From a virus (Duplodnaviria; Caudoviricetes): a stretch of DNA of 64,000 bases. Made by a program: the position numbers and the translations under genes. The stretch is from positions 32,001 to 96,000 of the IMG/VR virus record IMGVR_UViG_3300014039_000012; one strand, given 5' to 3'. The stretch's first letter is position 1. Every line of letters starts with the position of its first letter. The notes beneath the pieces are model-generated. The model was not told the DNA's origin and made no database searches. It worked only from the letters and a program-made list of their open reading frames with translations. This document shows positions 1 through 10,931 of this stretch, piece after piece.

Positions 1-2
1 AT

Positions 3-611
3 GAGGGTGGCAATCTGACTGTTGGCGAAACTGATGCTACGAAGTTTGTCGATGGTGTTACTTATTGCATCTCTTACTTTGCAATGGATAACCTGGCCGA
101 CCTGATCAAGATTTCTGCCAACTTCATTCCTGCGGAAATGGTTCTTGTTCTTACCGCAAAGCTGTTTGAGGGCGACGCAAATGCCCCCGAGACTGGTAAG
201 CCCGCTGGTGAGATTACGATCAAAGTCCCGAGATTCCAGCTCGATGGTCAGTTTGATCTGAGCATGGCTATGCCCTCTGCCGCCACTATTGCCCTGAATG
301 GTACCGCTCTGGCAGTTGATGCTGGTGGATGCGAAGATGACGGTATTTATGCAGAAATTGTTCAGGTTCTTGAAGGGGCTACCTATGCTTCTAAGGGCAT
401 TCGTATGATTGCTATTGATCCTGAATCTGCAGTTGCGGAAGCTATTCCTGTCGTGTATGGTCTGTATAACAATGGCTCCACTGGTCTTATTCCGAATTCT
501 GATCTGACTTTTGCACCGGCTCTTACTTCTGGGAAGTTTGCAACTGGGCAGACTTATAAAGTGACTCTTACAGAAATTCCTTCTATCGAGGATTCTGTCG
601 CTATTGCTTAA
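3..611 (+). CDS. Major tail (tube) protein, 5'-truncated by window edge
   Basis: Frame is open from position 3 (EGGNLTVGETD...) into the listed ORF. IKVPRFQLDGQFDLSM...GTALAV resembles siphophage tail tube C-terminal segments. Followed by a terminator. Confidence 0.55.
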   Translation, partial: EGGNLTVGETDATKFVDGVTYCISYFAMDNLADLIKISANFIPAEMVLVLTAKLFEGDANAPETGKPAGEITIKVPRFQLDGQFDLSMAMPSAATIALNGTALAVDAGGCEDDGIYAEIVQVLEGATYASKGIRMIAIDPESAVAEAIPVVYGLYNNGSTGLIPNSDLTFAPALTSGKFATGQTYKVTLTEIPSIEDSVAIA

Positions 612-642
612 TTAAAATTTTAAAACTATAAAATGTTTTCTT

Positions 643-674
643 GAGATGGGACCCATAAAGTCCCATCTCTTTTT
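643..674 (+). terminator. Intrinsic terminator
   Basis: GAGATGGGAC / GTCCCATCTC 10-bp stem followed by TTTTT. Confidence 0.85.
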
Positions 675-692
675 AACATTTGAAAAAAGTGA

Positions 693-710
693 ATAAAAGA
701 AAAATTTCAT
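693..710. promoter_or_regulatory. ATAAAA-N6-TTTYAT inverted-arm site, copy 1
   Basis: ATAAAA gaaaaa TTTCAT, intergenic. Confidence 0.45.
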
Positions 711-856
711 CAACAAAAATGACTGATTTTTTAGTATATATTGAATAAAATTTAGCTAATAAATGCACTATATTTTGTACAATATATACAAAGAAATTTT
801 GGCAAAATTTGCCAAAAATCTTGTAAAAACGTTAAGAAAGGATTTGGATTTGTAAA

Positions 857-1189
857 ATGGATATTTTGAACAATTTTTATGCGATTAAGGACGCAACCGC
901 TCCGATGGAGAGTGCGCCTACAACCAATGTTCAGGCAGAGACCCTAACGGTTCAGGTTGAAGGAACTGGCGATGGCATCTCCCTGCAACTTCTTGGTTGT
1001 TCTGACTTGAAGTCTGACGAATACCACGTTATGACCGGTTTTACTTCTGATTTCAATATTACGAGCGAAATGACAGAAAATGGAATCTATGCTTTCCCTG
1101 TTGACGGGATGGGTCGATTCAAGTTTAATCTGACGGCAATTGGCGGCGGTTCTGTAACCGTGTTCTGTCGTATGACAACGGGGGTGTAA
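857..1189 (+). CDS. Small beta-rich virion protein (hypothetical)
   Basis: 110-aa ORF in structural cluster, 2 nt before the next gene. Confidence 0.6.
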   Translation: MDILNNFYAIKDATAPMESAPTTNVQAETLTVQVEGTGDGISLQLLGCSDLKSDEYHVMTGFTSDFNITSEMTENGIYAFPVDGMGRFKFNLTAIGGGSVTVFCRMTTGV

Positions 1190-1191
1190 CT

Positions 1192-3189
1192 ATGGCCGTA
1201 GATAATATTGCCCGCGCTCTTGCGGCAAAAGCTCTTGGTAGTTCTGCTGGAAGTGTCACGAAAGATGATCTTGATAAAAAGTATGATAAAACTGGTGGCC
1301 CAATTAGTGGAGATGTAACGATTCAGGGCGATTTGACCGTTACTGGCACAACAACCACCGAAAAGGAAAAGCAATTACTTGTTGAAGATAACGTAATTGC
1401 GACAAATGCTAATAAAGTAGATTTGAAGGTGCTCCTTTCTGGTCTCGCAATTAATAAGAATGCGGATGCTACGTATGGTATTATGTATGATCCTGCTGAT
1501 GATACTATTAAGTTCGGCGAAGGTACTCTTGATGCTGATAATAAGTTTGTCTTTAAGTCTGGCGAAGGAAAACCTCTTGCGATTCGCGCAGATTCAGCAG
1601 ATTTTACCGATGCCCATCTTGTTAGATGGGATGCCGTGTCTATGAGTTTTGTGGACTCGGGCACTGCTATTGGTTCTTTGTCTAAAAAGATTAAAAGTCT
1701 TGATATGACATATGGAACTCCCGCCGTTACTTATGACACTACTGACGGCGTAAATACGAGAACGCAAGCGAGAATTACATATACCGATGACACAACAGAA
1801 GATGTACCAAACGAAATTGAAATTCCGATTATTGCTGGAAATGGTCTCATTATGGATGCGACCACCGATAATACGAAGGCTCAATTCAAACTCGATACCG
1901 AACACTCGGTATATATGGCAACTGCTCCAACGGCAGAAAACGCAATTCCTGTTTATGCAAAATCGAGCAAATCTTGGACCGGACTTCCGGTAACTCCGTC
2001 TGCAACCGCTTCTTCCATCGTATCTCGTGACGCAAACGGTAGATTTCAAGCTGGAGCTCCTGTAAATGATGGAGATGTTGTGATTAAAAGCTTTATGGAA
2101 AGCGCAATTGCGGAAGTTAGTAAACAAACTGGACCTATAGGTCCTACTGGTCCGCAAGGTTCAACAGGGGCCATTGGTCCTACTGGCGCAAAGGGCGCAG
2201 ATGGAAAAGGCGCGGCAAACGGAACATCTCTTACAAATCAAGATTTGGATGATTACAAAACCGAAACACAATGTGGATGGTATTATGCTGGTGGAAGTAA
2301 TACGGTAACGAACAAACCAACGGGAGTCGACGCATTTGGAATGTGGTTGTTACGCACCGCAAATGGATATTATGCACAAGAACTCTACGGTTCTAATAAT
2401 AATCTTAATAAATGTTATATGAGAACTTGGACAGCTACCGCTTGGACTGCTTGGGTTGAAAAGGGAGCTAATGGTAAGGACGGCGCTGTTGGACCTACTG
2501 GACCTACTGGCGCGACCGGTCCTGTTGGTCCTACTGGACCTGCGAGCAATGCTGGTGAAGCAGTTGCGATCGAAGGAACGGCAGAGGCAACTAATGGTAA
2601 TCTGACAGAGACGCAGTTGGCAAAGCTTCAAGCGAACGAAAATAATTATATTATGTTTAATCATAAGAAATATAGTCTTGAGGGAAAGGGGCATCAAGAA
2701 GGGTATTTGACTTATACTTATGCTGGCTACGAGAACAATCTTCACAATCTCGAGAGTATCACGATAACCATTTCTACGGGTGCTTGGGTATTAAACGCAA
2801 CAGATGTTTTAGATGCTGATGAAATTAAGGAACTGGTTGAACCGTTGATCCCAACGATTCCGGCTGCTCCAACTTGGAAGACGACAGTTCCGACAACCGA
2901 TGTAGATAAAGCAAAAGTACAATTTACAAAAGTTACGATTACGACTGCAGATACCGATCATTTCCCCGGAATGAATGGTCGATATACGGTCGTTCCTGGG
3001 TTTACAGATGATGGTTTCCAGTTTGCAACTGTTGTTTGTATGCAGGACGACCCCGCGTATGAGTTCCCTTATATTGGTTCTATTACATCGACAATGGCAA
3101 GTGGCGTCGTTATTAAGGCTGGAGTGGCTCCTACTTATGTTAGTATTGCTGATCCGGAAGTAACATTTAACTATGAGTATTTATGGTGA
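1192..3189 (+). CDS. Tail fibre protein with collagen-like repeats and pyocin-knob-like domain
   Basis: GPTGPQG/GPTGATG tracts; DLDDYKT..GWYY..NKPTG..AFGM knob-like segment; SIVSRDANGRF fibre motif. Confidence 0.75.
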   Translation: MAVDNIARALAAKALGSSAGSVTKDDLDKKYDKTGGPISGDVTIQGDLTVTGTTTTEKEKQLLVEDNVIATNANKVDLKVLLSGLAINKNADATYGIMYDPADDTIKFGEGTLDADNKFVFKSGEGKPLAIRADSADFTDAHLVRWDAVSMSFVDSGTAIGSLSKKIKSLDMTYGTPAVTYDTTDGVNTRTQARITYTDDTTEDVPNEIEIPIIAGNGLIMDATTDNTKAQFKLDTEHSVYMATAPTAENAIPVYAKSSKSWTGLPVTPSATASSIVSRDANGRFQAGAPVNDGDVVIKSFMESAIAEVSKQTGPIGPTGPQGSTGAIGPTGAKGADGKGAANGTSLTNQDLDDYKTETQCGWYYAGGSNTVTNKPTGVDAFGMWLLRTANGYYAQELYGSNNNLNKCYMRTWTATAWTAWVEKGANGKDGAVGPTGPTGATGPVGPTGPASNAGEAVAIEGTAEATNGNLTETQLAKLQANENNYIMFNHKKYSLEGKGHQEGYLTYTYAGYENNLHNLESITITISTGAWVLNATDVLDADEIKELVEPLIPTIPAAPTWKTTVPTTDVDKAKVQFTKVTITTADTDHFPGMNGRYTVVPGFTDDGFQFATVVCMQDDPAYEFPYIGSITSTMASGVVIKAGVAPTYVSIADPEVTFNYEYLW

Positions 3190-3207
3190 TTAAAAGGAGA
3201 TTAAAAG

Positions 3208-6138
3208 ATGGCAATTTCTTATAAACATAAAATTTATACAATTCTTGGTACACCAACCACTTTGTCCGAAGATGTTGTTTCTGTTACAAATAGTGTTGGT
3301 GTACCAACAAAAGATTATACAATTAAAGGTAAGACGATTGTCTGGAATCAGTTACTTCAAAATGGAATATTCAATGATTCAACTGGATGGACAGGCGTAC
3401 AAGGAAGTATATCCGTAAGTAATAATGTGCTGAAATATATTCCAAATTCCACGACTGGTACTTCTCATAGATTAAAAACAACCTTTGAGACACAAAAAAA
3501 TGGGAAATATTTTGTTTCTGCTATTATGACCGCAGAATCTGCGGGAACGGGAGTAATTGAATTTTCGAGAGGATATGTAAGACTCGCAAAATCGTTGTCT
3601 GCGAACAGTCGAACGGTAGTTGAGGGAATTATGTCGATTGGTGGAGATGAAGACGAATATAGTGTGTTGCAATTCTTTGTAAATGATTCGGACGATCTTG
3701 GAAGCGTTACATTCACTATTGAACGACTTTTTGTATGCAATCTCACCCTCATGTTCGGTACAGGCAACGAACCCGCGACCGCTGCTGAATTCCGCACGAT
3801 GTTCCCGAATGATTATTATTCTTACGAACCCGGAGTTTTAAAAAGTATTTCTGGTTATGATAAAAAGTCAGAGATGTTAAAACGCGGTTTAATGTTGAAT
3901 AAAGCTATGTTTGCCGGAAATAACGTTGTCGACAGAAATGGGATTGATTTTACATATAATAATGGTTCAATCACTATAAATGGAACCGCAACTGCACAGG
4001 CGGAGTATCGTCTTTTCGCTTCTGCTGATTCGGGCAGAACTATTCTTAACATAAAAGGAAATACAAAATATTTATTTTTATGCCATCCCGGTTCTCAAAA
4101 TAGTACGTCTTATTGGGTTTTTGGAGGAACTGACGATCCTGTCTTTTCTTATGATGAAATATATGCGCCAGGCAAAATTGTTTCAAGAGATACGGATAAA
4201 ACTGGAACGTGTTACTTTATTTTAAGAGTTCCAAGCGGGAAAACTGCCAATAACGAAGTTATGACACCGCAGCTGTTTAATTTGTCTGCTATTTTTGGAT
4301 TAGGTAATGAACCTTCTACGGTCGCTGAATTTTTAAGTTATTTCCCGTCAGATCAATATGATTATACGACCGGAGAAAAAAAAGAGAACCTCGGAGATAT
4401 TCAATTACAAAGCAGTCTTCCTCAAAGATTTCAGTTAAGTGATAAGAGAAATTATTTTACAAACACTGTTAGCGGCGTTACATTTACCAACAACGGCGAT
4501 GGAACAATGACATTAAACGGAACGGCGACTGCCACTATATGGAGACCGCTTCAACTTGGAATTTATTTTATTCCAATTGGACATAAAGTTATGTTAAGCG
4601 GAACACCTTTCGCTCAAGGATCATGGCGATGTTTGTTATACGACGGATCTGATTCGGAGCATGGATCGGATACAAGCGGAACTGGAGTAATTTATACACA
4701 ATTATATGGGTATTCTAATCCATATTTTTATGTCGCACAAAATTACGTTTGCGATAATTTGGTATTTAAGCCTCAATTATTCGACCTAACAGAAATGTTC
4801 GGATTAGGAAACGAACCAACAACTACGGCGGAATTTTGGCAAAGAATTCCAGAAGCTCTTTATAAGACTGATAAAAATGCCTATAGGACTGTCGGTGTAC
4901 AATCTTCGAAATATTTCCCTGATGGAATGAGAAGCGCTGGTTCTGTTTATGACGAAATTAACTTTTCATCACAAAAGGCAATTAAGAGGATTGGTTCTGT
5001 GGACTTGGGGACGTTGAATTGGACATATGAATCAACAGCTTCTCACGAACGTTTTACCGCAAATGTAAGCGGAATGAAGTTAGCTTCAGCGACTTCGGTA
5101 AAAGGAAATATTGTATGTTCAAAATATATTACAACTTCTGCTGATGATATCTGGCTACATACTGCAGATAAAACGATCGCTTCACATAATACCGTGGCAC
5201 AAGTTTGGGTGTATGATTCCGCCTATACAGACGCCGCCGCCTTCAAATCCGCAATGTCGGGTGTAATGCTCTATTACGAACTCGCAACTTCCGTTGAAAC
5301 AACAATTACACCGTCTCTTCAAGCTCTTTCTACTTTTAAAGGATTTACCTCTTTTTCAGCTCCGAACTCTTTAACACAGAATGGACCGTTCTCGGTTACG
5401 TATTACGCAGAAGGCGGAGAAAATCCTGAAAAAGGTTGGCTGACAAGTTACAAGAGAAAGCTTTATATGGGGAAAAACATTGAATGGAATCAGCTGTTTG
5501 ATAAAAATGCAACACCGAGTCGTAACAGTACTGCAATCACATACTCCGTAGACGGCGATATGAACACTCTGACCACTACGAGCGCTATAACGATATCGCA
5601 GTTTAATTTTCAGTGTTCTACGGTGTCTGGACATAAGTATATGATCTGCGCGAAATCGTTAGAGTGGATATCTCCAAACCATAGCAATCTGTTCGTGGGA
5701 AAAGAATCCCATCCAGATATGGCTTCGTATGCGATACTGACATCAGATAATTTGTCGAAATTTTTCACCGCGACGGGTGATACCTGCTATATCAAAAGTT
5801 ATATTTCGTATTCAGCTGGTGATTATGAATTTAGAATGAACGGTTTACAACTATTCGATCTTACTCAAATGTTCGGCGCGGGCAACGAACCCGAAACCAC
5901 AACAGATTTTTGGTCGTATTTTCCAAATAAAGTATATCCGTACAATGCCGGAGAAACTCAACCGTTATTTAAGATTTCAAGAAAGAATTATTTATATTCT
6001 GTAGAACAACCAAAACTTGCTGCTCCTACTAATTTAAGCATTAGTGGAAGTGTTTTAAGTTTTGATTCAGTTGAAGGTGCAACGAGTTATAATATCTTAG
6101 CAGATGGAACAAGCATTGGGGTATATGTTCCGTCATAA
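3208..6138 (+). CDS. Virion accessory/receptor-binding protein with four (D/N)LxxxFGxGNEP repeats and a C-terminal half Fn3-like module
   Basis: SD AAGGAG. Repeats NLTLMFGTGNEP, NLSAIFGLGNEP, DLTEMFGLGNEP, DLTQMFGAGNEP separate beta-rich domains. Confidence 0.7.
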   Translation: MAISYKHKIYTILGTPTTLSEDVVSVTNSVGVPTKDYTIKGKTIVWNQLLQNGIFNDSTGWTGVQGSISVSNNVLKYIPNSTTGTSHRLKTTFETQKNGKYFVSAIMTAESAGTGVIEFSRGYVRLAKSLSANSRTVVEGIMSIGGDEDEYSVLQFFVNDSDDLGSVTFTIERLFVCNLTLMFGTGNEPATAAEFRTMFPNDYYSYEPGVLKSISGYDKKSEMLKRGLMLNKAMFAGNNVVDRNGIDFTYNNGSITINGTATAQAEYRLFASADSGRTILNIKGNTKYLFLCHPGSQNSTSYWVFGGTDDPVFSYDEIYAPGKIVSRDTDKTGTCYFILRVPSGKTANNEVMTPQLFNLSAIFGLGNEPSTVAEFLSYFPSDQYDYTTGEKKENLGDIQLQSSLPQRFQLSDKRNYFTNTVSGVTFTNNGDGTMTLNGTATATIWRPLQLGIYFIPIGHKVMLSGTPFAQGSWRCLLYDGSDSEHGSDTSGTGVIYTQLYGYSNPYFYVAQNYVCDNLVFKPQLFDLTEMFGLGNEPTTTAEFWQRIPEALYKTDKNAYRTVGVQSSKYFPDGMRSAGSVYDEINFSSQKAIKRIGSVDLGTLNWTYESTASHERFTANVSGMKLASATSVKGNIVCSKYITTSADDIWLHTADKTIASHNTVAQVWVYDSAYTDAAAFKSAMSGVMLYYELATSVETTITPSLQALSTFKGFTSFSAPNSLTQNGPFSVTYYAEGGENPEKGWLTSYKRKLYMGKNIEWNQLFDKNATPSRNSTAITYSVDGDMNTLTTTSAITISQFNFQCSTVSGHKYMICAKSLEWISPNHSNLFVGKESHPDMASYAILTSDNLSKFFTATGDTCYIKSYISYSAGDYEFRMNGLQLFDLTQMFGAGNEPETTTDFWSYFPNKVYPYNAGETQPLFKISRKNYLYSVEQPKLAAPTNLSISGSVLSFDSVEGATSYNILADGTSIGVYVPS

Positions 6139-6142
6139 ATTA
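6052..6142 (+). repeat. 91-bp perfect direct repeat, copy A (copy B 31138-31228)
   Basis: Identical gttttaagttttgattcag...ccgtcataaatta; about 55 further bp upstream match imperfectly. Confidence 0.95.
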
Positions 6143-6171
6143 AATTTCAAAAGGAGAAAAAATAAAAAATT

Positions 6172-6471
6172 ATGGCTTGTAGAAGTTGTGATTTAAAGAG
6201 AATTTATAAGCTTTTTGAAGAGAAGAAGCGCCGCGAAGCAGAGGAAGCAAAAGCTCTTGCTGAAGAGGCTGAACTCGAAAGAAAGCAAGAAGAAGAGAGA
6301 GCGCGTAAAGAAGCGGAAGAAGCTACCAAACGCGCTCGTAAAAAGAAAGTTTACGAACCGGTAGAAGCTGTTGCTGAAACAGTCGAAAAACCGGTTATTG
6401 AAGAAGTAAAGGAAGAAATTTCTGTTGGGTCCGAAATAGTTCAACCAGAAGAATCTTTCGAGATGATTTAA
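6172..6471 (+). CDS. Small Glu/Lys-rich coiled-coil protein with N-terminal CxxC
   Basis: SD AAGGAG; MACRSC then charged helix. Confidence 0.65.
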   Translation: MACRSCDLKRIYKLFEEKKRREAEEAKALAEEAELERKQEEERARKEAEEATKRARKKKVYEPVEAVAETVEKPVIEEVKEEISVGSEIVQPEESFEMI

Positions 6472-6554
6472 AAAACAGGTGTGCGGGCGGGTTAGAGAAA
6501 ACCTCCGCCCGCCCGTATACTTAAAAATATTATAAAAAAGGAGGTTAAATAGAA

Positions 6555-9500
6555 ATGGCAATTTTTAAACCGACAGACTGTAGTCCTTTTAATGGGACGT
6601 TTGATATTAGCGAAAATTCGGCAGATTTGCCAATAATTTTTGAATGTAAAGTGGATACCTCCAATACGATTGTAACGGGGTATTCAATTGAAATATATGA
6701 TAGTAATAATGAGTTGGTATTTCCATCTGAAAATCGAGAAATTGGTCCAGTTATAAGCAATGTAACATATTTATCTGATTTAAAGTCGTATGTTATTAAT
6801 AATTTTTCGTCTTCGATTCCTAATATGAGAAATATTAATTCTGGATTGAATGGAACATATCTTGAAATTCCATTTTATGTAAGTTCAACGGATTCCACCG
6901 CTGGCTCTACGGTTTCTCGAAATCAAATGTCTTCTGGATTAGTAGAAGGACAAACTTATACTTGGAAAATTACGTTATACCAAGAAGTTAAAAAAGACGG
7001 AAGTTTTCCCCCGAGAGAAGAGAAATATTATGATATGACGGTTGCAAGCGGAACTGTCATTGGTTCTACTGAAAAACGAATTCAAACGGCATTAATTGAT
7101 AGCGACGATAGAGTTGTTGATAATTTGGTTCTCGTTGATAAATTTATTCAGCCGGTTCAAATTCAAGGTTTGAGTAATTATCACGAAGATCCCGTTAAAT
7201 GGACACAAGGCGGCCCGGAAGAATTTCCGTTTGTTGCAGCTCGTTCTTTAATTACCGGTTACGATTCGACTTATGGTTATATCTATCCGTCAACTTCCGC
7301 AGATAATGCTTTTGTAGATGGTCAAATTACGGCAGATGCAGCGAGTGGTTTTCAGATTTATAAAAACGGCAATAATCCATCTAATCTTGGAGCAACCGAT
7401 ATGGTTGAATTCATTTACGATGCCTATTCATTTAGAGGCACAATGACTTGGAAAACTTCGGCGGCAAAACCAGAACAATCACATTGGGAGCAAGTTTATA
7501 TTACGGAAGGAAAGCCAAGTGACGTTTATTATCCGTTTTATGATAGCAATTATGGTTCATATCCATTGACGGGCGGAGAAAGAATCATATTTAATGATAT
7601 TCAAAATTCAAAAGTTGAATTTGATGGAAGTTATTATGGTTCTCCTTATAATGGAATCTTTTATCCAAGTTTTTTCTCTAAAGAAGCATTAAATAATAAC
7701 GTTATTTTTGCCGGAACATATACATTTAAACAAAAACCATCTGTAACAAGTTTTACAGGAGAACAAGATTTTAGTTTTTTGACGACAAATAATAGGACTG
7801 GCGCCATTTTAGAATGTAATAAAGTAAAAATTACGTCAACTACAATGTGGTATGTTGAAAAGTCAAATAATAATTTTGTTGCATATTCGTTAAACAGCGG
7901 ATGGTATAATAACGGCTATCAAACAATCACTGTAGAATCAGATCAAGAAGTTTCTTCTGATTTTTTTGCGTGGTTCTCTCAAAACGTTAACACGATACCA
8001 TATCAGGTAACTGTTATTTGGAATAGAACAACTGATGCATCTAATTGGGGAACTCTTTCCAATAAAATAGTTTATTGTCGTCGAGATAGCAAAAATTACG
8101 AAATCAATACAAATACACAAGTTGGAGAAATTAACAAAACTCCGTTTAAATTTGTAGAAGAAGAACCAGTTAAAATTTTTAATGTGGCAGAACAAGTTAG
8201 CGAAACACAAGTTGCTGTAGGTATTGGGAATAATCGATACGTTTTCTATATCAATCGAAAAATTTCTGTTCTTTCTTCTATAGTATTGGAGGACGGAGTA
8301 GATATTACAAAAGATTGTAGTTTTGAAGCAAAAGGCGGTGCAGTTCTTTATACTCCTTCTGCCGTTCAATCTGCTAATCCAGTTGCAACAATTTCGTATA
8401 TTCCGTATGATAAAAAGGATTATACTGGCGTCATCTTCTATAATCAAAAAGCCCTCCCCGATGTTTCTGGTTATTTATATATTCGTCCATCAATCAATAT
8501 TAATAAGAATATGATTTTTAAAGAATTGACAACAACCGGTAGTTTCACTTGGTTTAATATCAATTCTTTCAATAAAGATTATAATTATATTAAATATAAA
8601 CTTGGGGACGGTAATTTAAAAGAAAATTCGACATTTAATCCAACTCCAGATAAAACACGTTATCAAATAAAGAGTTTTTATAAAGATAGTGATTACAATC
8701 CATTTTCGATTTATAAAGATCCGACAATTGTGTCTACAATTTCTGGAAATGTAATTGAATCAGGTGGATTTGAAAACAATATTATTACTCGCAATTTTAC
8801 AGTTACATCAACATATGATCAAAACAACTATATTCAATGGAAGAGTTATCAATGGTTCTTATATGATTCTGCTAAACGTACCATTCTCGAGAAAACCGAT
8901 GAGCGGTACGACGGAGAAATAACGGCAACATTTTATGGACTTGATCCACAAAAGTATTATATTCTATCGCTTGTTCTACAAACTAATACCGGAAAAATTA
9001 TCGAAATTGATTACGTAATTTATACTGATTTTACAGAAACGGCGGAACAAAAAGATTTAGTTGAAGCGGAATTTGATTGTGATACTTTGGCAATGAAAGC
9101 TAATTTGAAGCTCGTCAACACCGTTCTTGCCCCCGATGCTGATGAATATTTATCTGGTTCTACGGCTCTAACAAAAGATACGGCGTATTATTACGATCAA
9201 GATAACTTTTACAAAAAAGATGGCGAAGTAATTGCGTCAATAGATTCTGGGACCGGTGTATTAAAAATAACTGGGCAAAACGCTCTAAATTACAGCAAAT
9301 CATTTAGTGATTACGCAATTGATTCAAGTACAAGAACTGGGTCAATTCAAACGAGTTCGGATGAAATTGTTATTGAAGGAGCATTTACATTTTCGGAAGA
9401 CTATAATGGAAATATTTTTTCAATTTCCAGAGACGACAATACCAATGCAACGGTCGAAATTTCAATTCCGCAAGCCATTCAAAATATTGATAGTGAAGGT

Positions 9501-10931
9501 TTTGTCAATCTTGCTAACGATATTGACAGAATTAAGATTAAAAATGGTTCTTATTTAAAAGTGGTTGATGAAAGTGGTATTTTATCCAACATTTGGCAAA
9601 ATTCAAATGAGTTCCATAATACTTCAATCTGGAAAAAGGCAGATCAAATTCCGTCCGGAGACAGAATTAATGTAGCTAACTTTAAATATGCAGAAATAAA
9701 AAATAAAGATGGAAGCTATTCAAACTCTTATCTTAATGTTTCTGGGCCATATAACTCTTATGATTCCGAAGAATCTCTTAAAAACCCGATAAACCCGAGG
9801 CAGCAGTTATTTAATATTAACACAAAAGACAGAGATGTTTTTCGATGCAATAAAACAAAAGATAATCCAAATGGCGTTGCTTTTAACATTAATCAGCCAG
9901 ATAAATTAATTTGGCTTGATTATACTCCAACTGAAAATCAAAAATCTGTTGTTATTGATGCGGACGAAAATGGCGCACTAACACAATCGATGACTGTTAT
10001 GGAAAATACGCTTTTATATTGGCCAAGCGAAGATAAAGAAGAAAAAACAAAATGGAAAGATGGAATTTATATCGAAAGCGGTCTTGAAAAAACATTGATT
10101 GGACAGATTTTTGTTAACGATGAAGTGGTTAAATCGGAATATCTTGATGCCGTAACTCCGGTTAATTATAGTAAGTCTGGACTGACGCAACAAATTCAAG
10201 TTTCTCAAAATATTAAAGAACGTAAAGTAATTACCGATTATGAATTTACATTTAGAATTTTTGTTAACACTAATAATTTTAGCGTCGATCAGTTACGTAG
10301 TAGATGTTATGTTAAAGATATTTCAACTCCCGTTCAAACATATAATATCGTTGAGAATTTAACAAATGTGACTGCGAATACAGGTAATCCAAAAGTTATT
10401 AAAGAAAATCAAACCGTAACTCTTAAGTACGCGGTAGATAATGAATATCAATTCCCGTCATCTGTAACCGTAGAAAATTGTACAATTGTTAGTTGGAGTT
10501 ATAATTCCAATATAGGAACTCTTATTATTAAAGATCCGACAGGCGATGTTAATGTTACGATTGCTGGAAATGTCGTTGTTTATAATATCGTAGAGCGCCT
10601 GACGAATGTAATAAAAGTAGGGACGCATCCAACAACCATTGCAACAAATCAAACAATTGCTCTTGTTTATGCTGCGGCAGCAGGATATAATTTACCAGAC
10701 GTAGTTAGAATAACCGGTGCTACGAACGACTGGAAACGGCCAACCGGAACTTTGACGTTAACGAATCCAACAGGAACAGTGATGATTGAGATTGCCGGGA
10801 CATTGCCTAAGCTTGATACGCCTACTGGAGTAAGTATTACCGGCGACACATTGACTTTTAACGAGGTGGAGAATGCTGAGCAGTACGAGGTGTTTGCTGG
10901 CGATGCTTCGTTGGGGATATATATAGTGTAG
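6555..10931 (+). CDS. Large multi-domain tail/baseplate structural protein (Ig/Fn3-like modules)
   Basis: SD GGAGG; 1458 aa; two YNIVE(N/R)LTNV Ig-like repeats and a terminal half-Fn3 module; ends in TAG. Confidence 0.7.
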   Translation: MAIFKPTDCSPFNGTFDISENSADLPIIFECKVDTSNTIVTGYSIEIYDSNNELVFPSENREIGPVISNVTYLSDLKSYVINNFSSSIPNMRNINSGLNGTYLEIPFYVSSTDSTAGSTVSRNQMSSGLVEGQTYTWKITLYQEVKKDGSFPPREEKYYDMTVASGTVIGSTEKRIQTALIDSDDRVVDNLVLVDKFIQPVQIQGLSNYHEDPVKWTQGGPEEFPFVAARSLITGYDSTYGYIYPSTSADNAFVDGQITADAASGFQIYKNGNNPSNLGATDMVEFIYDAYSFRGTMTWKTSAAKPEQSHWEQVYITEGKPSDVYYPFYDSNYGSYPLTGGERIIFNDIQNSKVEFDGSYYGSPYNGIFYPSFFSKEALNNNVIFAGTYTFKQKPSVTSFTGEQDFSFLTTNNRTGAILECNKVKITSTTMWYVEKSNNNFVAYSLNSGWYNNGYQTITVESDQEVSSDFFAWFSQNVNTIPYQVTVIWNRTTDASNWGTLSNKIVYCRRDSKNYEINTNTQVGEINKTPFKFVEEEPVKIFNVAEQVSETQVAVGIGNNRYVFYINRKISVLSSIVLEDGVDITKDCSFEAKGGAVLYTPSAVQSANPVATISYIPYDKKDYTGVIFYNQKALPDVSGYLYIRPSININKNMIFKELTTTGSFTWFNINSFNKDYNYIKYKLGDGNLKENSTFNPTPDKTRYQIKSFYKDSDYNPFSIYKDPTIVSTISGNVIESGGFENNIITRNFTVTSTYDQNNYIQWKSYQWFLYDSAKRTILEKTDERYDGEITATFYGLDPQKYYILSLVLQTNTGKIIEIDYVIYTDFTETAEQKDLVEAEFDCDTLAMKANLKLVNTVLAPDADEYLSGSTALTKDTAYYYDQDNFYKKDGEVIASIDSGTGVLKITGQNALNYSKSFSDYAIDSSTRTGSIQTSSDEIVIEGAFTFSEDYNGNIFSISRDDNTNATVEISIPQAIQNIDSEGFVNLANDIDRIKIKNGSYLKVVDESGILSNIWQNSNEFHNTSIWKKADQIPSGDRINVANFKYAEIKNKDGSYSNSYLNVSGPYNSYDSEESLKNPINPRQQLFNINTKDRDVFRCNKTKDNPNGVAFNINQPDKLIWLDYTPTENQKSVVIDADENGALTQSMTVMENTLLYWPSEDKEEKTKWKDGIYIESGLEKTLIGQIFVNDEVVKSEYLDAVTPVNYSKSGLTQQIQVSQNIKERKVITDYEFTFRIFVNTNNFSVDQLRSRCYVKDISTPVQTYNIVENLTNVTANTGNPKVIKENQTVTLKYAVDNEYQFPSSVTVENCTIVSWSYNSNIGTLIIKDPTGDVNVTIAGNVVVYNIVERLTNVIKVGTHPTTIATNQTIALVYAAAAGYNLPDVVRITGATNDWKRPTGTLTLTNPTGTVMIEIAGTLPKLDTPTGVSITGDTLTFNEVENAEQYEVFAGDASLGIYIV